Origin: Catajapyx aquilonaris
Lineage: Eukaryota
DNA: 49,844 bases
Direction: 5' to 3'
NCBI GenBank assembly: GCA_000934665.2
Contig: JYFJ02002847.1
Span: 1 to 49,844, forward strand
Each line of letters opens with the position of its first letter. Position 1 is the first letter of the stretch. Made by a program: the position numbers and the translations under genes. Shown piece after piece: positions 12,291 through 25,315 of the stretch. The notes beneath the pieces are model-generated. The model did no database searches. It worked only from the letters and a program-made list of their open reading frames with translations, and was not told the DNA's origin.

Positions 12291-14014
12291 TAATCTTCCT
12301 ACTGTCTACTCGGCTGTGTGTGTGGCCGAATGGACAACTGTCAACAACATTTGTCTGTATTATCAAGGTGGCTGTAGTACATTTCACTAATTTATTAATA
12401 GTAAAACGAAATAAAGGCCAATGGTTTAAAATTAATTACACACGTAATTTAAGAACTGCTTTTGTAAAATAATTATAGTGTGAAAAGACACTCGGATCAA
12501 TAACAAACTGGAATTAACACCAGAATTATTAACGGAAGCGTGAAACTGCAGAATAGTGGATAACAGGAAAGTTTTGACTATAGCTGTATTATAGTATTGC
12601 AGATAGAATTACGCGTTACTTATCCTAATGAAATGTTCCTGCATATGTAGATCTGCCATTTGTAATTAGGGCAGGTAGTTTTCAGACCAGTACACGTACC
12701 TCGTGGGTACAGTACTGATTTGGGGAATATGGTTTATGAATGCAATTTGTGCTAATATTGGGATGATGTGGATGACAGCGTGGCTAATGCAGCGGTATAT
12801 TACTGAGCATGGTCTAGAGGGATTCACGTATGTTTTTGGATTGCACGTCAAACCACAATCACACGCTACCATTGCTTAAGATTGTTCACGCAGACGTAAT
12901 CAAAGTCCACGTTAAACAGATGAAACATTCATATGAATGTATTTTTATAAGCGCAAATAATAGGCTAATCGCTAATGTAATCGTATTAATTCAGCCAGCA
13001 ATATTATTTATCACAAAATAGTGGTGCCCTTTTATATATTCTTTATCCTGGATTGCAAGAGCATCAACATCGTATACAGGGTGATGCCCTGCCAAAGATA
13101 GCAGAATTTGACGGAATGATGGATTGGTCCGTCCTGGCTTTGTAAATAAAGTCCGCACTCCCGAGTTGAGGTTTCTGTAGGGCTGCGAATTTTATTTACA
13201 TTTAAATGTTTTAATGCTGGTAAACTTAGCAAACTGAATAGAAATTTATTAGTAACACATTGTCCATCTCTCTCCGTCAAAGGGAAGCTGTAGCAGTGAC
13301 GAACCAACTGACGGTTGATATCATATATACGCGAAATTGTTGCGATCAATCAAAGCTTTAAGTTTTTGGAATTAATAATGATTGGGAGCCCGTTTGAAAA
13401 AAATTGGAATATTGGGAAATAGAGTTCCATTGCTGCAATTATTTCTTAAAAACTACTTAGCAACCTGGTTTTACAATGTAAGAATTTCTATAGTGGTTAC
13501 AAAAGATGTACTCATTTCATTTTATAAAATTATCAGATTTTATAATCCTTAAAATAAACTTTTCACACTGACTCATACTTACAAGTTTAGTGCTAAAATA
13601 ACTTACTTGACTGAAAATGACGCTTCAGCATATTGGGGAAAAAAATTATTGTTGTTGTAGCTTAATCTTATTAGTTCAAGCTTAATCCCACTCTCTATCT
13701 CATCCCTCGAAACTTAGGGAATATGACGCTCATGAAGTTCGAAATTGTCATGTCATGAGCACAATAATTTTGCTTGTGAGTACCTTCTCTCACATATAGC
13801 CTACTGTAATAATGTCACCGTACTTCAATTTAATTATAGAGGGAGATCTGCGGTTCACTTTACTAGTACTGTATGCCTACTTCATAGGCATGTACGTGAT
13901 TGGAACTCATCAATGAAACATGAATATTTCACAGCTTCAGCTTTGTGCCTATAGACGTTACCACCTCTAAAAAGAAAAATCTTTACAATGGAAAAAAATT
14001 TATGATTTACTTAC

Positions 14015-14143
14015 CACACTTTTGACGTTCATCCTCGCCGTCTAAGCAATCTTCAGTGATATCACAAAGTCGACTCCAGTTTATGCAGAGATCATTACTG
14101 CAGCGAAATTCTTTTGGAGTGCACTCATTACGTGGAGGTACTT
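14015..14143 (-). CDS. Alk: Alk LDL-receptor class A exon (EVPPRNECTPKEFRCSNDLCINWSRLCDITEDCLDGEDERQKC)
   Basis: Acceptor ccttccacag|AA, donor TGT G|gtaagt; 129 nt, phase 1 to 1. Six Cys and the acidic CDITEDCLDGEDE LDLa signature. Confidence 0.93.
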
Positions 14144-16401
14144 CTGTGGAAGGAAATAAATAGCTAATTACTGCTCCGAGTCCTGCCCTACTGTATTTCT
14201 CTGAAAAGCAGCATATGCATGGTCTCTGAAAGTGATATACACGTGAGTGGATTTTCTGTTTTATGTTAACATACATCACGACTTTTTCCAACCAGGGCAG
14301 TTAGCGCTAGCGATCTAATTATGAGCTAAAAAAAATCCCATTCGTTGTAATAAAACGTGTAATAAGGAAAGTAGCTCGGAAAACCCAGAATAATGACGAA
14401 TCGCATAATATCACAAGCTATAAATAATTGATATACTAATTAATATAATAATTAATTCATATACAAAGTGTTCTTGGCAATATACTCGTATTGTTCGTTC
14501 ATATAATCATACAGCTTATATGTCAACATTGACCTTTTCCAACAGTTATGCTGCATTCCACAACAAAGAGGCATGATTACCTCGGATTCTCGTCTTTCCA
14601 GGTGCATAATTAATAATCCTCTTTTAATATAATCCCGAGCCCAATGTTCCCGACAGTAATGCCACCCCGGTTTCGGAATCCAACTTAATTATGTAAACAT
14701 TATTATCATCAATGAGTCTGCGTATTCAGTGACATAAAAAAGGGAACTTATTGCCAGCTATACCGGTATTTAGTTAGAGGTAGACTACATATATATTTCA
14801 ACAAAGCTGTGCCTTTGATGGTATCACAGGACAAAAATAAAATAAAATACTGAAGTCTGACAAGTGAGAAAGCGAGCAAAATCCTTCGGCAACAACTGCT
14901 ACAGGATTTATATCCGTCTCTCTTTTCGCAAAAATATAGCGTAGGATGAAGGGAAGTCCTATATTCTCCCAACAAGTTTTTCTACCGGAAATAATGCCAC
15001 AGCTAGGTTGAAAATTATGGAAGCTGGGGGGGGGGAGGGGGGGGGAATGGGGAGAGTAAAAAATATTGCTATCGCTCCAACCTCAACGTCGTTTTTTGTA
15101 TGGCATTCATGTATCACATGCTGACCGCATCCTTGCATAACAATTGACAACCTGATGGGCAGGACGATCAGAGTCACATTTGACTGATTTTGAGATACGG
15201 TTTGGAGTTTGGGATAAATTTATTTCAGAACTTTCTGCGTTGTTTTTTTTTCTCGAGATCTCTGTTAAACAATTCCTAAGTCATGTGACATTGAGATGGG
15301 CTATTCTGTACTATTTGGTCTGACTTTGAATTTAGCTTCAATTCAAAATCATCCGTTTGTTTACTACAAGTAATACATTTTTCGATAGTAGTAGAATACT
15401 AATAAATCAACAATGAATATCCATAACTGTTATTTTTGGTTAGCTATTACGCAGGCCTAAACTGACAAAGAATCGGATCAACGTGTTTACTTCAGAACTA
15501 GTGCACCCTAGTTTGAGCTATTAATACAATTAAGTTCAATAAATTTGGTAAGCTCTGCAATATACTGTAAAAACCTTTCTATTATCCCCCATCATATTCA
15601 TGGCCAATATGCTTCCAACAATGACGAACAATGGTCTATCCCCGTTCTTTTGCAGCACCGGCCTTTCCAGTGGTCAGTGTTGCCTCATTATTCGGAGCCA
15701 GCCAACCTTCTCGTACAGCCGGCCGAGAATGACACGCGGGAACGAGTAATAGGCCCAATTGTGTGTAATGGCACTCCGATATTTTGTCATTGTTATGGTC
15801 ACTTGACAACAATATTGTGACATGGTATCGGTACTATTATCAAAGACACTCTCAATTGCATTTATCAAGACCCGAGATCGCCCGAGATAATACGCAGGAT
15901 GTAGGATAGTAAGTCATATGCCTAATGCAAAAAGAGGAAGAGAGAAGCTCTCATCTCACCAAAAGATCTGTTAAAGTTGTGCCATAGTATTTGTACAAAA
16001 GTTTCAAAAAGCGCTCTGAAATACCTTCAATTTCTACAGAGTTTAAGCTGATGCAGTAATGATGTGTGTCCTTTTGTCGCTAATATGGCACAGCGGGGCT
16101 GCTCATTCACTGTGCAAAAAATGATGCCACACGAGAGTTCGGGAAGCCACAGAACGCTTTCGTGCCATATGAAGTGTCATCAATTGCATGAATATGTTGA
16201 GTGACATGTTACGCAATTTCACATTGCGGACGGATCATGACACATGTGCATAAATCGCACCGTGCTAGTTTGGAAAGTATGAGGGAAATTATCATATGTA
16301 CTGTACAGCTGCGTGGGTTTATTTTTCAGTGGCAGGTTTGAAATATGATACCCAAAAAATTGCTACGTAAACTTTCCATGATACATTAAAACATGCATAT
16401 A

Positions 16402-16837
16402 CAGGGTGTTCATGAACAACACCGACAAGCCTATACCACCCCCTACCTAGACACCAGAGGTTCACTTTATGTAGAGGAGTGATTGTGCCTGGGTCGCCTC
16501 ATTACCGCGCAAATTGCCTTCAAGCAGGTAGTATAAAATATCCTGGAAGTTAGGCCACCCAACGAACTCTACCGCAGTCAGAAGGCTCTGGGAGGTCTGG
16601 GGGCCGGACTTTGTTGGTTTCTTGCCCACAGGTGGGAAGGCCTCTATGGCTAGTTATACCTGCTAATTCTATTTAAAAGTCAGAAGGAGCGATTAGGCAA
16701 AAATCGCTGAAGAGCAGGTGGGTCAATATCTCAGTAAGGAGGCGGTCTAGACATAATGACTCCTCTACATGAAGTGATCCTCTGGTGCCTAGGTAGAGGG
16801 TGGTATAGGTTTGTCGGTGTTGTTCATGAACACCCTG
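16402..16837. mobile_element. Tc1/mariner-type MITE (CAGGGTG termini), subfamily A
   Basis: TA|CAGGGTGTTCATGAACAACACCGACAA...TTGTCGGTGTTGTTCATGAACACCCTG|TA with ~100-bp imperfect TIRs. The core is the reverse complement of the cores at 34814 and 41491. Confidence 0.9.
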
Positions 16838-17064
16838 TATAGCTTTGAAAAATTCATTGGAGTCTTTGAAATCCCACACACTGTACAAATATTCAGCAAT
16901 TGGCAATTGGCAATTCTTATGCTATAAAGGAGGACAAAATTAATATGGAGCTAACAATAGTCATCTAATTTTTTAAAAAAAATATATTGCAGCACAATCT
17001 AAATCAAATGTCTTGTGGTTTATCATGAGCTTCTTTTCCAAAGCAACCTTCAAAGCTATTAAAT

Positions 17065-17216
17065 TAATATTAATTAATATTAATATTCAAGATTACATTT
17101 TTATATTAATTGATATTAAGATTCAGTATTACATTTTTATATTAATTGATATTAAGATTCAGTATTACATTTTTATATTAATTGATATTAAGATTCAATA
17201 TTACATTTTACATTAA
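17065..17216. repeat. 36-bp AT-rich minisatellite, about 4 units
   Basis: Unit tttttatattaattgatattaagattcagtattaca; explains the IFILIDIKIQYY repeats in ORF 17013..17216. Confidence 0.9.
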
Positions 17217-18772
17217 CAGATGTTCTATTCTTGATTGGAAGGAAGTGGATGTGGGCGTTTGTCTTTGTTTGGAAGAAGTATTGAACCGAAGGACTGTTGA
17301 ACTTTGTGAAATTATGATATGCCCATCTGCCCGAGATGTTTCCCTCTGGACGCAAACAAGGATGTAACGTAACACAATAACACACAGTATTTTGATATCT
17401 CTAGACAGGGCAAGCTAAAGAAAACACAATTTTAGCACAAAACGTCACTTCCAGTTTCCTCATGTAAAGACGAGTCTTATTGTTCAATTCTCTAAAGTGA
17501 ATGTCGCAGTTGAGAACATAATGAAATATATAGGCTACCTAAATGTGGAAGGTCACCTGATCTCGTTCTATGACGAATCCGAGAACTACCCATCACTTCA
17601 TTTGTTTCCAACCTCCACACAATTTTCCAAGTTCACCTTATAAACCCTGTGCATTTTTCTGTATATATCTTGTATACGTACATATTTAAGAGCATGTAAA
17701 TTCTCATGACGAAACCAGGGCTTTAGAGTAAAGAAAGCAATGTTAGCTGCCTACATTCTGCTCCACAGGAGGGCAAGAGGATTTACACGAATAACAAAAA
17801 GGAAATTAATAAAGAAATAGGTTATGGGGAACCTTGCTTATTCCTATCCCCCCACTAGCCCTTTCACTACCTGCGGCACTGTCTGCCCTCTGCCCTTTCG
17901 CTAACCTGACACAGCTCTCATCAATCCATTCATTCGCAGCCACCCCCGGCTTAGCCACCCAATAGTGAAGCTGCGAAACGAGGCAGAACAAACAGGTCGA
18001 TGTCTTGCCTTGCCACTTACTGAGAGGTCACATTATGTTCTCCTCTAATCATCTTTATGTCCATCTGCTCGGACTTTTAGGACTAAGCACAAAGTTCCAT
18101 ACCGCGCCCTCATTTACCCAACTAGTCTGTCACTCTGACTTCGGAAACCAACTTAGCAGATGGGTGAAGAAACTGGATGCAAATTACCCCCAGGATGCTC
18201 CTGAACTCAACACCCACACTTCTTGACTTGGTTAAGCTTGTAGGACTAGTTTGAACCCAGTGCTGCTCTCCACCCCAGCGTAACTTGTTGGACTCTTCAA
18301 TTTGAATCTTGGGTTAATTGACGCAAAGAAAACGGGATGACAGTATTGGCCCAATTCCTTTTCTGAGTAGAAGGTTTCTGGCGACACTGATTAGCGCCTT
18401 ACTATCGATCGTCAAGCCAGAAAATGAAGGAGAAAGTCCAAAGTATAGGTATTAAAACGGCTGAATATGTGCAGCCTTCTCGTAGCAATTTCAAGCAGAA
18501 AGGAAGTGATGTAAATGAAAGTGTCATTGTCGAGGTTGCGTGTTTTGGGGAAGTTAAATATGGTAAGCAAGAGAGAGGAGGTTGGGAAAGGCCTAAGAGC
18601 AACCAAATGTGCACAATCTAGGTTCATTTATACACTGCCAGAGAGAGGGATGTGAAACGTCGTCCTATTTTTGTTGCGGAAGATTTCTCATTCTGTCTTG
18701 CTGAAAAGCATGTGCTGAACTCTCCTTTAAGCAGAAGCTCTCCAAAATATGATATGATTGCATTAATCTTAC

Positions 18773-18906
18773 CTGGAAAGCATTGAACCATATGGATGTG
18801 ATCTAGAGCCAAGTGGGTGGGAATTTTTCTGCTGCTTTGCTCCACTTCCAAGATGATACGAAAGGGTTGATCCACTTTCCCGATGGCTTGAGACTGCTTC
18901 TCCCAC
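18773..18906 (-). CDS. Alk: Alk MAM1 C-terminal exon (WEKQSQAIGKVDQPFRIILEVEQSSRKIPTHLALDHIHMVQCFP)
   Basis: Acceptor ttatatag|G TGG, donor CCA G|gtaaga; 134 nt, phase 2 to 1, joins the previous exon in frame. FRIILEV...HLALD.I.MV.CFP is the MAM-terminal motif (Drosophila FRIVFEV...HVALDNLRMVNCFP). Confidence 0.92.
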
Positions 18907-19957
18907 CTATATAAATGAAATAAATTATGTCATAAGATATAGCTTGTAACAAGTGCAAAACATGGTTGCAAACTTCTGCTATCGCTTCATATTTGCGGCA
19001 TGATTTTTAAGGAGTAGCTAGGCTAACGTGAGTGCTGATAACTCAGAAGAAAAAGAAAAAGAAAACTTTTAAACCCCAAGATCATAAATCTGCAAGGAAA
19101 CTAGGGCGGGTAGTTTGATGGGCTTTTAGGAATGCTTATTAGTGCAAGATGGATCCTAACTTCTTTATATGTATGCGTTTATGGGTCTGGAAATGCTGGC
19201 TCAAGGTCTTTTTTTCAAGCTGTGTTCCAGCCAAGTGCCAGATTCCACACGAGACTAATGATCCGAATATGACTTGATTATTTACAAAATGACACGTAAA
19301 GGAGTTTCACATGTCGAAGAATTTCGGAACATTCGAGATTCATTTTGGTACAAACTTATGACCAAACTTATGGTACAAACTTATGACCAACCATATCCGA
19401 ATTTAAGGCGGAGAACATATTAAGTCAATTCTGTTTTATAGTCTGGTTTTGTATAACTGATGTAATAACGCAGGAGCCCAGTAAGTAATAGTGGATATAT
19501 AGGATAATTATATTGATATAGTGGATATAGGAGGTTCATGGTGTACTTAGTATAACTGTATTTTTATTTTATTTTACCCTGTTGGGCTATCAGCCTTAGT
19601 GTACATCTATTGAGTGGGCTATCAGCCATAGTGTACATCTAGAATGTTTATAAAGAAAACGAAAGGAAACAGGAAACAAAACGCGTGGTTTGTAGGAATA
19701 ATGTATGCTGCTATTCATGTGAAGATAGATAAATAACAGTTGGAAATACGGATTGTTACTTCATTTCCATATACAAACAATACAGTATAGTCATGATTGA
19801 TAGCGCCTATAGAAAATCGGAAAAGTGTGAGGCACAATCCCGTACTTGTAAAATCCGAAGTTTCAGCTTCGTAGGACGATATGGAGTCGATTTTTGAGTT
19901 GCAGAGTACTTCAATAATTAATTTTTTATCTCCGTAAGTAACATTCTCCACCTAATC

Positions 19958-20573
19958 CAGTGGTTTCCAACCGGGTGGGTCGCGAGCCTTGGTTAAACTT
20001 TTTTTTAAATGCAATTTCCGTGTATATTGAACGATTTTTGCGGCCGTACAGTACCCTGCATTAATGGCCATGCACAGACATCGCCACCTGTCCAAGAACG
20101 AGCGGAATTAGGCGCCGGTGGACTGAGTCCAAAATACTTGGACAGCTCAAGATATCGCGGTTGATTCAAACGATTGCTACAATGATGGATCACAGATATA
20201 TCTGTGGGATGTATATTATAAGGCCATTGCGATTCCTATCAATGTATTGAGGTTGTGAACCAGTTATTACACGTACCACGTGAATGCCTGTTAATCCACC
20301 GCGATGTCTTGAGCAGCCTTGAGCGGACTCGTGAGAAGCCTTGAACTGTCACAAATGTTTTGGACGCAGCCAACTTCATCTACTTCCGCTCGTTCCCGCC
20401 AGATGGCGGTGTCTGTGCATGGCCATTAATGCAGGGTACTGTACAGAGTGTATGATTTCTGAAAAGGGGGCAGTTGTGAGAGGGGAGAAGGGAGCGGGCG
20501 GGAGGGGGGGGGGTCGCACATTAATGGAAACATGTTTAGGGGGTCGGAGTTGGTAAAAGGTTGGAAACCACTG
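19958..20573. mobile_element. hAT (Buster/Charlie-like) MITE
   Basis: 15-bp TIR CAGTGGTTTCCAACC / GGTTGGAAACCACTG; 8-bp TSD acctaatc / agctaatc (one mismatch, central TA). Confidence 0.88.
20049..20441. mobile_element. Tc1/pogo-type MITE nested in the hAT MITE
   Basis: TA|CAGTACCCTGCATTAATGGCCATGCACAGACA...TGTCTGTGCATGGCCATTAATGCAGGGTACTG|TA; about 40-bp TIRs. Confidence 0.9.
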
Positions 20574-21233
20574 AGCTAATCAATGTACCGGTATATATTT
20601 TCTTGAAGATAATGGGCAATAGAAATATAGAATACATGGAAATAATTCATTCACACGTATCTACAAACTACAGGACACTGATATACCAGTATATTAGCCA
20701 AATCTACACTTTCCACCATACTTGCGTGAATTTATTCCGTCTCTCTGGTGAATCGGAAGTGTCCGGAATTTGGTAACCTTGCTCAGTAATGTACTCTATA
20801 TAGCTGATATTTAAATTGGAAGCGAAAGTCCCAGTCTCACATAGGAAAATAATTTCCTAAAATCTAGGTTTTTCGCGAATTTTCGATTTGCGACCCAAAA
20901 TATTGCCATGGAACTGGATCGATTTTCGATTTTTTTTTGTCCTTAAAACAGTGCATCATGCTCGTTCTAGCCATATATGAATGACTTGGTTTCCGACAGT
21001 GATAAGGGCGTAGCGAACCTTTTAGTGATGGCTCAAATTCTGCATGTCACGCTCCACCAGGGGAATCCCCTATTGTCGAATTGCGCGACAAATCTGCAGG
21101 AAACTACAGCATACAGTATAATTATGTAGACTGTGATACCTTTTATCGTATTCATCTATCCCCTCCCTTATTTGAGCGATAAACCATCGATGTCGACCAT
21201 TTCACAACCATAATATTCGGATGCTGGTTACTA

Positions 21234-21583
21234 TGTAACAATTATGATGTACAAATGTTGGCAATATTGACATGTTGATTGTAAAGGGAGTTGCTATGGT
21301 TTGGGAAGGGTGATTGTTGTGGAAGAGAGTCGAGTAGTGAGACTCAAGGTGTGGAAGTGGAATAAAGGGTGATTGAGGATGACTGTAAGAGTGTAGCTAT
21401 AGATCGTAAATAAACCAGTAGTGGAAGGAGTACTGTAAGTCAGCACTGTATAAATCTTTTAATAGTGTAAATAAATGTAAAATCAATCAGTGAAATCAAT
21501 CTGTAAGTCCACCTTTCCAACGTCTAGGTGGAGCCAGTAGTATAACCACTTTGCTGGGATCAGTTCTGTCGTCAGTGTCAACA
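21234..21583 (+). mobile_element. Possible LTR remnant
   Basis: TGTAAC start, G/T-skewed body, several AATAAA, ends GTCAACA. No matching TSD found and boundaries are uncertain. Confidence 0.3.
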
Positions 21584-22897
21584 ACGTCACTCAACCTGGA
21601 GTCACTTTGGCCTTCTGCCTGTTCAGCATACTCTGTTCCCTCTGTGAAATCACTCGCCATGGTGAGGGATGCGTCATTGAGCTAAATATTGGAATATCCT
21701 GGGGTGAATCTGGCTTGGACATGGGGAAATCATGCTTGTACTTCATTTGCCTTCATAGTGATGAGGAGGTCAGCGGTGAAGCTGCTGATGCTGCCTGACT
21801 CGTGCTCTTCTTCTGCTTCCTTACGTGGTGAACTAACTCTCCAAGTCAGCCTTTTCTCCTGATCTGTAAACCTGATCTGACTCTTCATGATCTTTGGAGT
21901 GTCGTTGAGAAGACGCATTTTCCGGGGTCTATTTGTATAGGTTGTCACTGACTTGGTACTCCCTTTTATATACTTATTTATCCCAGGTCCTTTGGCATCT
22001 CCAGAAGCAGCCACATATTCGTTCCACTGTGTGCGGCCCCATTGCTCCACGAGGAAGCAGCATGCCCACTGCCTTGCTAGTAGTGAAATGAACTGGTTTG
22101 GTCTCAAGACTGCCTGAGATCCTTCCAGTTGACCATTTCATGATAGAATCTATTACGTCCTGCCGGTGCGGTGGAATGACCCCTGTTAGGTGCATAGGGG
22201 GACTTTACAGGAATTCTTTCCCCATGATGAGACATCACCCCACTCCCGAATCAAAGAAGTAGGTGGAAGCAAGGGTGGAAGCATGAAGCTTTTGGTGATT
22301 CATATAATGTATAGGTTGTTGTTAAACACGTCAATAAATGACACTAGCCTTTTCTTACATCTGTTTTGAATTTGCTAAGGTACTGATTTCCAATTTGCGT
22401 TTTTGCAAAAATGACCACTTAGATTATAAGTATGATGGATAAAATTTTATTTTTAATCCGTCACTTTTTAGTATGGAATTTATATAAATTTTAAAATGAT
22501 ACTGAAATATTCAGTGATGAATGAAAGCTTTTAGTATGAATATCGCATTTAAAAATTGCAATATAATATTCCAAGAATTGATCAGAAAAGGCACCTCTGC
22601 TTACAGTTATCTTGCCTTGAAGAGGAACGTGTTATGAAAGTGGCCATTCACAACCATTTTTCTCGGCTCAGCTTCTACAAAAACCGCACTAATCTATGAT
22701 TTATATAGAAGCTGTAATCTTCTTATCTAAGACGCAAGGAAAGAATTATATGATTCGTTAAGGTTCTTTTCTAAAAGGGAGGCAAATAATCGATAATGGA
22801 GAAAGCATTATTGCAAAAAATTGAAAATCCCTGAGCAATAATACTCCTAATTCGGGCTCAGTGCTTCGACATGCACATACTGTAGTAGCCTACTAAA

Positions 22898-24129
22898 AAC
22901 TGGTAGTTTTACTTAACCATCAGTGGCAGTGTCAAATTAACGCTTAATTCCTTAAACTCCTCTATGACCTGGCGCAAGCTTACTGGTATGCCAGAAAGGC
23001 AAAAAACAGCTCTTTAGATGCCACTCCGTGACCTTTTCCCTTCACAAACATAACGTGAGTGTTTTCGGGCTTGTGGTAGCAGGAAATGCAAAGTTTCGGT
23101 ACCAACATTAACCAATACATTAATATGGAATTGTGGCCACTGGAACTGGTCAGGTTTTAACACAGATATAACCCTTCGTATCAATTCAAGTTAACGGCGA
23201 ACGGCAAAGCCAACCGTAGCAGCAACCATCAGCCTGTATGACCAGTGACTAGAGCTAGCCACAACATGTGGGTTGCCCAGTACTACTGTCACAGACCACA
23301 ACAATGGACTGCCACTGTCGGTTATTTGTCTTTGGATTTTGGTATAAATATCTTCTTTTCGTTCCAAATATAGAAATACCTTAAAGAACAGCCCATCCTG
23401 TCGGTCAGGTCTACTCAACACGGAACTAGCTCACACCTATGAAAATTACATTTAGCTGCCGTTCGAGATTTTATTTTAGGACATAGATTTTATGTATTAT
23501 TTCACTTGTATTTATCAATCCATAAGGAATACTTTTAGTATGTGGTATTTCTAGGAAAAATCAGGAATCATCACGTAAAATCATCTCTTAAATCGAAACG
23601 CTTTCGCGATGTTCAGAGCCATCTAGCGGCCAGATTTGCGATACAGTAATGTATAAGTATTTGGTACGGATTTGGTATAAGCGTGCTGGCAGCAGACTGC
23701 AACAGACTCAAGGAACGCTTCACGCAGAGCAGGATATATGGCAAGTGCGATCGCTTCGACGTTCGCACGATTTCTGTACGTTGGTCAGATCTACTTGGAA
23801 TGGAACGAGCTCACACATAGATTTGCATTTCGGATCTCTTAAAGATTTCCTTTTTGGGCCGCATGAGCTTCAGGCATTATTTTTCTGGTGTTTATGAATA
23901 TATAAGGAATAATTTTTATCACATGAGGAAATCCCAATTGAGGTCTAATCAGGAATCAGCACTTTTTCCAACACCCAACTGCAACACCGTTTTTTTTTCA
24001 TATATAGGTTTCCCCGTCAGACCCCCGTGATCCTATAGTGGCATATCAGTAGTTAGGTGGGGTGCCGCTTCGCTTTAGTTTCGGCGCTTGGCCTGTTTCT
24101 TTATAGTTACTTTAAGTCACAGTCGGCAC
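22898..24129 (-). mobile_element. Non-autonomous Helitron family, copy H1 (no nested insertions, ends eroded)
   Basis: Colinear with 46360-48563 (same orientation) and inverted relative to 36307-39140. It shows the empty TTAA site (caggttttaacacag) and the empty SINE site. Confidence 0.75.
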
Positions 24130-25036
24130 ACAGAGAATCTGGTGGTGGAACACGGCGGACCAAGACCAATGACGTTGAGAAAATAGCCCGCTAAACCGGC
24201 GGCCAGATTGAAACAAATTGAAAATCCGGCGGCCATGACACTAGAGGGAAAGAATTGCTGGAAATTTCGTAAATAAGTTTAAAATGAGGATTTGCTGGGA
24301 CAGTAAGTTCATAGGGAGATTATATTCAACAAATATTCAACAAATTGTTTTAGACTTCGGATTCAGCGTGTCAAAATCGGTGAGACTATATACGCCTATC
24401 ACACAAAAAGTTTGAGACGGTATTGAATGTCGCTTCAATGCAATATCAGCTCACTCTTTTTGAGCATTAAAAGTATATCGGGTTAAAACCGCCGGAAAAA
24501 ACTAATGCAAAAAAGAGCTAGGTAAACTTGCTTCATGTAAGTTTTAAATGCATTTTAAAGAAACCTCAAATTTTAACGCAATCTAATTTTACACCGATTT
24601 AACCTGTTGCTTTTTCATGGATACAAAAATATTAAGTCGGATATTTCGGATCTGAATATCGTTTCGTCTGCTTTTTGTCATGTCCAATTTCAGCACATTC
24701 ATTACAGTTCAGAGAATAATGAAGGCTGACCCGGCTAATGGTGGCCCTAAAGCCTCTGAGCTCTGACATTCCGCTTTTTACAGTATAATTATGATCAAAG
24801 CTCAAGTAGATACATATTCTTAATGAATAAAGCACATAACAGTGGGTAGGTTAATTCCTGACTCCGTTTACCAGATGAACTCTAAAAATTGCTCGTTCTT
24901 CTCCGCAATCACTTAACTAATTATGATCATTTGACATAATATTTCGAACAATTGTGAGAAATTGGCGGACACAAACCGAAAATAATTCTGCAGCCATAAA
25001 ACTTCGACTGGCATACCTAATAAAGAGTAGGGGCAG

Positions 25037-25315
25037 ATGGGGATTCTTCCGTCGATCATCCCTCCATTATTGAACATCCCCTTAATTGATACAGAAGCAT
25101 CCTTAAATAAAATAATGGTCTCATTTGCTTCGAAAAGGCTATATGCCCGAATTAAATATTCAGCGACCTCGCGTGAGCGTTACGTGGTCCAGTGGAAGTA
25201 TTTTGGAAATCTTTACGGCTCAATGATGCTTTACTGTATGAAAAAGCTGCAATACCCAATTATTATTCTCTCATTGTGCCTTCTCCTGATGAAAAAATGC
25301 ACGAGATAAAGTTGG
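25037..25315 (+). pseudogene. Degenerate piggyBac (PGBD4-like) transposase fragment
   Basis: Two overlapping frames give MGI.LPSI..PLLNIP...LNKIM...SRERY / EVFWKSLRLND...DEKMHEIK, in the order of the piggyBac motifs MGI...PLL.TP....IM(S/T)R.RF..I...L.FND...DKL.KIRP as recalled. Frameshifted. Confidence 0.5.
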
